In this document: positions 1 to 10,486 of the stretch, in pieces
How positions within the stretch are numbered: the stretch's first letter is position 1
Layout: each line of letters opens with the position of its first letter
NCBI GenBank assembly: GCA_013265495.1
Contig: MU057887.1
Location: 4,057,668 to 4,121,667 of the forward strand
DNA: 64,000 nt
DNA from: Vicugna vicugna
Taxonomy: Eukaryota
Direction of reading: 5' to 3'
Notes under the pieces: generated by a model
What the model saw: the letters and a program-made list of their open reading frames with translations, nothing else
Databases searched by the model: none
Told to the model about the DNA's origin: nothing
Made by a program: the position numbers and the translations under genes

Positions 1-1499
1 GGTGGCCTGCCAGCAGCTGACCAGCTCCAACCCAAGAAGGCAGTGGTTAGGGGGCTCCACGGTCCTCCCACCCCTGTTGCAGTGGATGTCTTGAGACTTA
101 TTCCTTCTGGCCACTCCGGGTGAGCAGGCATTGTGGGCTCCAGCCTTCTCCCCTGTCCTGCTCAGAGTCCACACACACCTGGAGTGCCCAAGCCCGTGTG
201 GCTCCAACCAGTTTGTCATGGAGCCCACCCATGACTCCTTCTGCCTCCCTGACGTTCCCTTCAGCTGCCACCACCATCAGCATGCCTCCTACCTGTCCTC
301 TGCCTGCGGTCTCTGCCTCCTCAGCCCTCCCTACATCGTCAGCTGCCAAGCCCACTCTACTCATGCAGCCCCTACCCTGGCACCCAGCCCAGGGCCCTAC
401 CCTGGTGCAGCCCCTTGGCCATCCTTGTTTCCCTGGATCGCATGCAACGCTCTGCTCCAGATGACAGGCCCTCCTCACTGCCCCCTCCCCACAAGCCTTG
501 AAGCAGATGGCTCTCTTTCTGGGCCTGAACAACACAGTGAACCTGACACGTGCAGACTGCAGGACGAGGACAACTGGTCCTTGCCCACAAGCACTCCCTT
601 TCTGGAGGGAGAGACGTGCTCATGACCAAGGGCGACTGGATGGATATGCAGACAGGTGGAGCAGAGAGGAGGAGCGAGTGCTGAGTGGACAGGCACTGAG
701 GAGCGTCTGGAAAGTGCAGGGTCCAGCAGGTGGAGGCTCAGCAAGAAGACAGGCAAAGAGGAGAGAAAATCCAGGTCCTGGATGGTGACAGTGGCTGCTG
801 CGGTGACAAGAGGCAGGGTAGCTTGGGGTAGGCGCAGGGGGTGCTCAACCCCACCCTCAGGCTCAAGGTTCAGCCCCAGTCTGACCACACAGCCACCTCC
901 ACCACCCCCAATGACATGCACTGCCCTCTTGCCACTGGGATTTGAGCCCACAGCTTGGCTCTGGGTTAGCCAGGGTGCGTGTCCCAATCCCTCTGTGGGG
1001 TCTCAGACCAGGCACTCAAACTCCGCCCTGACTCCACTCTACAGATGGGAGCAATAGGAGAGAAACCTCGGTGGGCTGCTGAGAGGAAGTGAGATCACAC
1101 ACACACAGGGCTGTGCAGGGCCTGGCACACCAAGTGCGCTCCCCAGCGCCACTGTCTCCCGACTGCTGCTGATGTCATTGCCAGGCTGCTTTCTCCTACC
1201 CTCTGGGCTGAAGGGCTCTCAGACATAGGCGCTGACCCTAGACGGACCTCCTGGCCATCTGCACCAGGCACCACACTGATCCCCAACCCAGGGCTTGGCT
1301 TGCAGGCATGAAGATGCAGGCCTTCTGCCAGGAACCTTCTCTCTCCTCCCCACGGTTCCTCCTGAAGTCCTTCGAGTTCCAGCTCAGACACCACCTCTTC
1401 AAGAAGTAGTCCCTGAACCCCATTCCTCTTCTGCATCCCACCCAGCCTCCTGGACCAGACACGGCACAGGGGCCGGAGGCTCCAGACCAGAGGCACTGG

Positions 1500-2600
1500 G
1501 GGTCAGAGGAGGGGCGTGCAAGTGAACGGTCCGTGCCCCCGGAGGCAGAGCCGCCCGGCAGTCGGCCAAGGCGGAGAGAGCCCATCCCACCCAACTGGGA
1601 GTCAGGAGGCCGAGCCGCCCCAGGGCCCTCCCACCTCCCGGGCGACGCCGAGGCGCTGCCGGCCTGGTTCTGCCCTGAGAGAGGCGGGCAGGCTAGGCTC
1701 GGCCCGCCCAGTCTCATCGCGCTGCCCACCTTGGAGAGGCCGGCCCTCTGCGACCCCTGACCCCAGACCCCGACCCAGCCCAGCCGGCAAGTGTCCGGCT
1801 GATCCTGGGGCAGCCCCGCCGCCGCGACCGACCCTTTCCGGCTCCCGACCCCCCGGCCCCGGCTCTCGGCCGCGCGCCGGCACTCACCGCGCGGGTGCGG
1901 CCCGAACGCCACCAGCACAAAGTAGTCCGCGAGCCGCGCCATGGCGAGGGGCGCGGGCGGGCTCCGCGGCTCGGGGACGCGAGGGCGGAGCGCTCATGGC
2001 CCGGCCTCGGCCCTGGCCCGCGCACCCCGGACGCCCCTGGCCCGCTCCGCGGCGGCGGCGGCCAGGGTTCCCGCCGCCATCTTCCCAGCCAGCCGGCCCG
2101 CCCGGCCGCGCCGTGCGCCTGCGCGATCTCGCCCCGCCCCCCCATGGGCGGGGCCTGTAACAGTGCGCCCCCATTGGTCCAGCGGGGCGGGCTCGGTACC
2201 CGGGGGCGGAGCTCTGCCTCACCGCCCCCTCACCGCCCCAGAGCGGTGACAGCGACGGCGGCTCCCGCGGGTCAGCGGCAGGAGCCGCCGGGGTCCGAGG
2301 GCGCCTCGCGGCGGTGGCTCCCGCGAGGGGCGGAGAAGGGTCCTGCCCTATCCCTGGGAGCTCTTAGTCTGGGATCGGGGCGGCTCCCGCGGCTCCCTTC
2401 CCCGGCGCTGTCAGTCTGGAGAAAGGCTGGAGCGCCCGGCCCTGCCCGCAGATCTCCCACGCTGGGGGAATACCCACCCAGGCCCTGCCCTTGGGGTTCC
2501 CAGCCTGAGGAGTGCTCGGGCCGCCCTTAGAAGCCCCATCTAAGAGGGGTGAAACGCTTAGCACATGACCTTAAGAAAGGCGCGCTGCACGGCCTGCTGT
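1500..2600. promoter_or_regulatory. SBF1 CpG-island promoter
   Basis: Very GC- and CpG-rich. Contains a YY1-type AAGATGGCGGC on the minus strand (~2073-2083), an NRF1-like TGCGCCTGCGC (~2114-2124), GC boxes, and CCAAT on the minus strand (~2174-2178). Confidence 0.8.
1888..1942 (-). CDS. SBF1: SET binding factor 1 (MTMR5), first coding exon; gene continues leftward out of the window
   Basis: ATG at 1942 encodes MARLADYFVLVAFGPHPR(G), the recognisable SBF1 N-terminus. The 55-nt exon is followed by a GTGAGT donor, lies in a CpG island, and sits in the expected synteny with ADM2/MIOX. Confidence 0.95.
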
Positions 2601-5600
2601 AAAGTCCAACGTTTTAGGCAGTGAGGGGTCTGGGGCCCAGGTTCGGTGCTTTGGAGAAGGCTACACCACCCTCAGGGCAGGGGCCGGCCAGGGCCTCCCC
2701 CGCAGTGGTGCAGGGTTGGGCAAGGGGGACACAGTCTAGGGCAGGACATGCTAGGAGAGGAGCTGGGGAGGAAGGGGGAGCCTCAGAGCTGTTCCACGGA
2801 CATGCTGGGAGAGGGAATCAGGGTTGAGCTTGTTTTTAGATGAGGTTGGCTGCTGCAAGAACCTCCGAAGGAACAAACTGCTGACATCCATGTTCCACCC
2901 CTTGCAGGGGCCAGCCAGAGACGAGCTGAGGGAGGGGTCTGTAGGCCCAGGCACAGCCTCCTCTGCTTCTGTCGGGTCCTGGATACACAGTCTGAGAAAC
3001 CCTCCTTTTTGCCCCTGCTGTCTTGAGTGGGTTTTAGTCATTTACACTGAAAAAGTTCTTCACCACCACATTAGCACCCCACTCAGCTTGTGCATGAGCA
3101 GGCAGTGCCCTCGGCAAGTCCTCTGGCCTGACACCTGAGCCAGGACTGGCTCTCCTCCAGAGGGTATGGGGACCCTGAACCCCACTCTCCCCTACCCTCA
3201 TGCCCTTCTTGCAAGGAACTCATTCCTTGCAGCCCTTTCAGAGGCACCTTAGGGTCAAGGGTAATTTTGGGGTTACTTCTAGACCATGATACCCCCATCA
3301 AGTTCCTTGCTATTGAGTTTCTTGCTCACCACACTGTCCGTGTCACCCTCAGAGGTGCTCACTCCTGCCTGCTTCCTCCCCTTCCCAGGGACTGAGCCTC
3401 CTCTCCGCCCAGCAGGGAGCGACTCTCTCCAGTCCTGTTCCCATCCTTTTACCTCCACCCAGCTTGGCTCCAATGTCAAAGCCATGGAGGGGAGGCCTAG
3501 TGTCATCACCACACCCCAAGCCTCTCCCTTCATGCTCACCTCCCCCTCCACAGCTACCACAGAGGCTCTACCCTCCTGCCCCCCTCCCCATAGCTGTTTT
3601 CTCTCAGTGTCCCAACTTCAACCCCTCCCTCTCTTGGATCCGTGCCATCAGGATGAAATTCAGTCTCTCCCACCTTAAAACACTCAAGCAAAACCTCCTG
3701 AGATGCTATCTGCCCAGCCAAGTGCCACCCTAGCTTTTCTTGCCCCGGAATTTCTCTTAAGCATTCCTCCAACGTCACCACCACCACCTGGCTTCCGTGG
3801 CCCAGTCCGCGTGCAGCAGGGGAAACTCTGGTTTACTTCTAGCGTGTTTCCATGGGTGAGTGGTACCCTGGGAGCCAGCCCATCGCCCCCCAGAAGCAGC
3901 CCCTCCACTGAGGATAAATGAAGGAAGTCCTTGGATTTCCCTTCGGAGGGCACGTGGACAGTGACAGACAACAACTGTCATGAGCTGTGCAGTGCAGGGG
4001 GCTGTGGGGTCACAGAGGGGTCCCTGATCCAAGCAGGAGGGATAGGGGTAAAATAAGCTACCAAGCTGAGGCCTGAGGACATCCTGTCTGTGGGCTGTTG
4101 GGGAGATGGGACCCCAGGCCCACGGCAGCAGCAAGCGTTTTGAGGCTTACCTCCACCTGTTGTAGAGACAGGCAATTTTGATTTATTTTTTGTTTACTAG
4201 AGGGGTGAGTAACATGATCACATGTGTTTTGGAAAGATGGTACTGGCAGAACTGTGGATGGCAGATTGAAGGACGATGGGATGCTGGTGGGAGAAGCAGC
4301 AGCTGCAGAACTTGGTAGGCCCCTGTGATCCTTTGCGTGCCCCCCCACCCCGATTTGTGGCTTCGGAGCTGGAGTGCTGGGTCCCATCCCCTCTCTGTGT
4401 GTGATGCTTACCACCTCCTCCCCTCCTTGCCTCCCAGAGCCTTGCCATCTCTGAAACTCCCAAAACCGTGTTCCAGGTCTGCCTTCTCTTCAGCTGCAGG
4501 CCCAGGACACTGGAGGCCAGCCAGACACCTCTGCCAGGATGTCCCCCAGGCAGCTCCCTGCATCAGTGAACAGAAGGGTTGACGCTCCCCATCTGCCCCT
4601 CTGCTGTGCTGTTTCTCTGACCCATCCACTCTGTCCCGCCCCCTGCCCCCACACCCTTCCTGCCAGCCCTCCAGCACCCACCTCCCCTGCTGAACTTCAC
4701 TTCTCTAATGTAAATGTGATCACATCACCCACTCTTGTCCCTGGTGAAAATAAACAAATAGAAACTCAAGTACCTGCTGATGCTTCCCTGCCTTTTTCAA
4801 GATGTAAGTCAAGCTCTTTAATATGGCCTGTGTTCAACACTTGTGGGTTTATTCATCCAGCAAATGTCTATTGAGGTTCTGTGACCTGTGCGGCAGGAGG
4901 GACGGAGACTGACCAGGTCATTGATGATGACCCGACAGAGGGAACAAGCCTGGGGCAGGGTAAGGCAGAAGAGGAAACACAAATGGACCTAGAGATGCTC
5001 AGATGATCACAGAAGTGTCTGTAAGGGGGTGATGAGATAATTGTTCCCGCTGACACTGAGTCCACAATCAGTTGACAGTTCATCAGCTTTGTGGGGAGCA
5101 GTTTGCTCCAACTGGTAACACAAACACAGGCTCACCTTCGGCCAGAATTTCCGCTTCTGGGAAAGCATCCTATACAGACTCATCTATGAGCTTACACTGA
5201 CGGGTTCTTGCTCTTGGAAAGCCTGGAAATCATCTGCTTGCTCACTAATAAAGATCAGCTAATTAAGTCACAGGACACCTACATGTTGGTGTAGGGCCAG
5301 CCATAAGAATGGCAGTCTCTTAAGTTCACACATGTTTTTACTGATACACGCATATATGTGAGTACCAAATATACACGGAGGACGCCCTCTCAACCACACA
5401 CACTAGTGCACCCAAGAGAAACGGGGCGCCAGCCTGGACTTGAGAGAGGAATTCACAGTGGGGGGCTGTGAGGGGTTCTCAGTTCTTATTTAAATTTCTT
5501 GTAAAAACCACTTAATACTTCAGTAATGGGGAGAAAAGGCAGAATTTTTATGAATACATCTGCTAGGGGGAGAGGTCTCAAAATGGCCTCTGGCCAGCCA

Positions 5601-5799
5601 CGCCCCCACCCCCCAGTCTAGGCAGGCACTGAGGGGTGAGACGCTCAGGGACTAGCTGGTGCAGAGGTGGTGGGTGTGGTTGACCCCACCCCCAGCACTC
5701 ACTACTTCAGCCTGGAAGTTTTGGCCCCTCCAGGCTCCGGGACAGTGTTCCCCACCAGAAGGAGCAGAGGCAAGGCTGGCATCTCAGGGCCTCCGGCCT

Positions 5800-6320
5800 G
5801 CCGCCCAGCGGGGAAGGGCCCCTCCGCCCACGCTCCCTTCCCTGCACGCACAGAGCTGGCAGCAGGGCCGTAGCCCACCCCGCGGCCCGCCCTCTGAGTC
5901 GGGGTCCGGGGAGGGCGCCCCGCCCAGCCGGCGCGTCTAGCTCCGCCTCCCTGGAAGACTATTTAGCCCCGGAGGTGCCCATGTTCCGGCCCCAGCAGGA
6001 CCCCGACGGACAGCCGATGAGGAAGTCCCCGCTCCACCAGTAAGAGACACGCCCGCCGAATTCGCACCCGAGACCCTCGCCAACGAACCAGGCTCCAGCC
6101 CGCACGCCCGAGCGCTGAGGTCGCCCCTAGGAGGAGGTGGCTCAGCCTAGGGCGCCCCGACACCTGCCCAGCTCACTGCCTCCCGCAACCCCGCCCACCA
6201 TGGCCTGGCACCTGACGGTCACCCTCGGTTGCATCAGCTTCCTCTACCTGCAGTTCCCAGGCACACTGTCCTTCGGCCTGGGCGGGAGCCGGCTGCCGGC
6301 GCGACCCAGGTGAGCCGGGC
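5800..6320. promoter_or_regulatory. ADM2 CpG island / promoter and first exon region
   Basis: CpG-dense stretch with GC boxes immediately upstream of and overlapping the ADM2 start codon. Confidence 0.65.
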
Positions 6321-7242
6321 TCAGATCAGCCTGACCCCTGGTCCACGTGGCAGGAAACCCTCCCTCTCCCCAGTCCCCCCAGCCCCGGCTTGGGGAAACT
6401 CACCACCTGCTGCTAGGGCTTATCCCTCTAAACCCAGGGCCAGCCCCCATGCCTTAAGCAACCCATGAGCAGGGCCAGAGGCTCCTCTTTCTTTGCCTCC
6501 CCTCCTGAGGCATGCCCACTCCCCTACTCAGAGTAGCCCCCTCAAAAGAAAAGGTCAGCTATGGGAGGGGAGGCTGGAGGGGTCCCCAGGCCTGCCCACC
6601 TCCCACCACCCCACAGGACTGAGGGAAGTCACTTGAGTCCTGAGCATAAGGACCTACTGAGGCCAGAGCTGCCCCTTGCCCAGGGAGGCAGAGGTGAATG
6701 GACATGTGACCTAGGCCGCAGGTCCTGAGCTCAGTGGGCTCCCCCTGGCCTGCTGAGTAATGTGGGGGCTGTGGGCTTCCCCTGGCGCTGCTCCAGGCTG
6801 TTGGGGAAGATGTGGGTTTCCCCTACCAGTGACCCCAGGCCTGTGTGGGAGGAAAAGTGGGTGGATTTATGGGCCTGTGAAAGGCTGGGCCATCAGGTTT
6901 ACTTCCTTCATCTCCCTCTGCAGGGAGCCCCCAGCCCGGACTTCTTCCAGTGGCTTGCAGCCCCGTTACCCTGGAACCCGGCCTGTGGTCTGGAAGTTGC
7001 CCCGGGCCCTCCAGCCACAGAAGAGTGCCAGCCTGGCCCCTGCTATGGGTCAAGCTCTCCGGAATGGCCCTCGCCGACACTTGGGTGCCCACAGGCCCCG
7101 AGCCCAGCTCCTGCGTGTGGGCTGTGTGCTGGGCACCTGCCAAGTGCAGAATCTCAGTCACCGCCTGTGGCAGCTTGTCAGGTCTGCTGGCCTGCAGGAC
7201 TCCCCCCCTGTGGACCCTAGCAGTCCCCACAGCTATGGCTGA
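6200..7242 (+). CDS. ADM2: Adrenomedullin 2 / intermedin preproprotein, 142 aa
   Basis: Exons 6200-6309 (MAWHLTVTLGCISFLYLQFPG..., signal peptide) and 6924-7242, joined by a GT-AG intron with compatible phase. The C-terminus AQLLRVGCVLGTCQVQNLSHRLWQL...PVDPSSPHSYG* has the CGRP-family disulfide ring and the amidation Gly. Confidence 0.96.
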
Positions 7243-10200
7243 GGTGGGGCAGGCCATACCCCGGCCTGCCCCGGCTGGGATGCTGCACCCAATCCCAGAA
7301 CTGCAGCTCAGCCCCCAGCCCAGAACCAGCCCTCAGAGCACCTGCAAACAGCAGTAATTAGAACATTGTACAGGCAGGTCCCTGAGGACACCCCCATCCC
7401 ACCCCACCCCACATCTACCAGGTTCTGCAACAGGCAACCTTGAATGGCTCTGGACACAGAAGCCCATGCACATGTGTGGACCTAGGCAGTCTGCATACCC
7501 AGGGGGTCTGGACCCTTGGGGTATAACACTCAGGGGACAGGGCCAAGCAGAGGCAGCCAGCAGCATTAGAAGCCAAAAAGGGCTTGAGAGGGGAGGTGTC
7601 TGTGCAAGGATGTAGAGCACAAGCCTGGGGCTTGAACCCCTGGGGGCATGTCCGGGGAAGCAGGAGAGAAGGGGTGAGTTGGCCTGGCATGGCCTCTTCA
7701 CTGCTGGTCCTAACATCAAAGGGTTAAAGCTGAGCTGCCCTGCTCCCTCTGGGTCCAAGGTCACAATGGTGACCCCTGCCTGGGTCCCCTGTGGGGTTCA
7801 AGAGGTGTTCTGGGCCAAGGCAGGGCTGGGGTAGGGGGGAAATCTCCCAGCCCAAGTAGGTCAGTTAAATCAGGTCCATCACCACCTCGAGGGGGTGGAG
7901 GCTCCACAGGCTCCCTGAGCCCCATCCTGCCCTGCGTGGGACTCCGTGGGACCAGGTGTGGGAACGACAGAGCAGAAGACTAAGCAGGTTTGCCAGGAGC
8001 CTGTGCAGTGGGGACTGGCCTCAAACCATCAGAAGGATGGGCAACCAACAGTCCACAGCCAGTAGGCAGAGTTCTCAGGGTGTGTCTGCCCTAGGGGAGG
8101 CTTTTCTGTGCGGTGATACCCGAGCCTCTGCTGGTCCTGCAGTACTGGCACCCCACACCGCATGGGCCTGGCCCAGGTGCAGAGAGGTGATTATTTAACC
8201 AACATTCATGCAGCACTGAATGAGTCGGCCTCTCAGCCGCCCTGTGCGGAGGGCACTGTCCTTACTCCAACTCTGGAGGCAGATGCTGCAGCCACAGAGG
8301 TCAGGGCTGTGCCTATGGTCACTACCGTGCCCACCCACAGAGCCCATGCTCTGGACCACTAGCAGGCCTGCCCCTCAGACCCCCGAAGCCCCCCAGGGGG
8401 GGAGGCTCCTGGAAGCACCCATCTGGGCATCCACCCTTGTATTTGCTCTTCCAGCTCAGGGATCAGCTGGCCAGGTAAAGGCATCTCCCCTCCACTAGGC
8501 CCCGTGGGAGCTGTTCAGGCTGGTCCCTGCCCTATTGGAGGCCTCCGTGCACAGGGAGTTGAACTGAGGACTGCAGGGGTCCCCAGGGGAAGGCACTGAG
8601 AGTGCCCAGGTCCTGAGTGCACAGGAGGTATGTGTGTACCTGGGGAGCTGGAACGGGCATGTGTTAGTAGGGGCTAGAGAGGCCAGCAGGCTGGGCCTTC
8701 AAGCCATGTGCCTGTGTGAGGGATGTCAGTAGAGGCAGGCAGGGAGGGTAGGCAATGAGCAGGGCAAGGGAGACTGGGGACCAAGGAGGAGGAGGGCTCC
8801 AGGAGAGTCGGAGCTCAGCTCTGCCAAGACCCTCCCAGACTCCGGCCCGGGGCAAAGTCCTCTGAGGTCTGGTCCTCCACACAGGATGCTCCCTCTGCCA
8901 GGAACACTGCTCCGCACGGCAGGCACTCTCCACGTGGCAGCACAGGCTGCCGGACCCAGGACTGCACTGCCCGGTCCCCTCGCTGAGATGCTCCCTGAGC
9001 CTTGGGCCATCTTTCCTTACAGTCACCTGCCATGGTCACAGCACTGCACCTGGTGTCCACATAATCCCTGAGCTCCAGGCTGAGTCCAAGCTGCCCACCT
9101 CACACCCCACTTGCAGGTCTGGTGGCAGCCCCCCAACTCCTCCCCCACCCCGTACCCTCCCATTGTTCCTGCTCCTGCCAGAACCTCCTCTTCCTCCTCA
9201 CCCCATCTCTCGCATCTGGATCCTGTGAGCCGGCTGTTCGCTCCTCCTCTTGGTCCAAGCCACCACTTGCTTTGGGGTGATGGTTCCTGCCTGCTCCCTA
9301 GAGACCCCGCTCCATCCCTGCAGCAACATCAGAGGCATAACACTGAATGAAATACATCCCTCCCCACCCCAGGGGCTGACATTCCAGTGGGGGGGGCAAA
9401 AGGAAACCAACCTCAGAGTACAGTGAATAAGGGGTGCACAACACGTGGGAAGCAGCTGGTGCTATGGGCTCACAGGGGCCAGGAGCCCTTGGCCATCTCA
9501 AGTGGGGGACCCCAGCACCCCCCCCTCCCGCCACCAGTTATTCTCAGTGCAGGCAGGAGGAGCCTTGTGGGGAACCCAACACCTCGCCCCTTGCCCACTG
9601 CCCTCTCCCACCCCAGCCTTTCCCTGGAGCCCAGGCCTCTTCCCAGTGAGACGAGAGCTTCAGCTCCAGGCAGGCACGTCGTCGGTGTGGTCCCTGCCGC
9701 TTCCCCACTGCCCTGACCTGGCTGCTCCTGACCCTGCTATGCATTCACCTCTGCCCTCACTCCAGGAGCCCAACAAAGACCACTCCCACCCGCCCTCCTC
9801 TGAGCCTGCTGCTCCTGAGTCCTGCCCCAGACAAGTGGGGACCCCACCCTTGATCTCACCACCTGGGCTGCCTTCGGGCAGAATCCTGCCAGGTTGGCTT
9901 AACAAGAGTCCCTACGCTGGATGTCTCCTCTGTCAATTCTCCGTCCTGACACCCCACCCCTGCGCCTTGCTCGGTGCCTGTAAATCCCCAGCTGTCTTTG
10001 CCGTGTTCAGAGTGGAGCCTGACCTCTCCCCTCCAGCTAGTCTTGAATATAGTCTTCCGTCCCATTTTAACAAGTGTCAGAATGATTTTCCTGAAACAAG
10101 CCCCGCTCAGACCCGCATCCCAGGTGCTGTGGGTGATAGGGTGGGCCTGGGGTCCGCACCACCTATGGAGGGGCCCACTGCGGGCATGGAGCGGTTTAAA

Positions 10201-10354
10201 GCTTACGGGGCAAGAGTGGGAGTCTGGCTACAGGGCGGCCTCGACCTCCCAGTCAGGTCAGTTGTCCAGAGGCTGAGGTCAGGGAGGGGGGCTTGGCCAC
10301 TGGGGCTGCCCCTACACTGACACATTAACTCGCTGAGCCAGGAGGAGGGTGGAT

Positions 10355-10430
10355 GGTCACTCATTACCAAGGGCCAAGGCCAAGGGGCTGGGTGGTGTCC
10401 GGTCACTTATGTAACCTGTGGGCATATATA
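10355..10430 (+). promoter_or_regulatory. MIOX proximal promoter: TATA box with adjacent D-box-like and HNF1-like motifs
   Basis: TATATA at 10425-10430, ~57 nt before the ATG. TTATGTAAC at 10407-10415. GGTCACTCATTACC at 10355-10368. Confidence 0.6.
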
Positions 10431-10486
10431 GGGGCACGCGAGCCTGTGGAAGTCCTGCCCACTCACCAGCTCTGCCCTGTCCCAGG

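Noticed and set aside
1238..1942. 234-aa ORF starting at the SBF1 ATG
   Set aside because: Only the first 55 nt are exon. The rest is read-through into a GC-rich intron past a consensus donor.
9445..10320. 291-aa ORF upstream of MIOX
   Set aside because: Non-ATG start, Pro/Ser-rich low-information composition and no recognisable domain. Expected by chance in GC-rich DNA.
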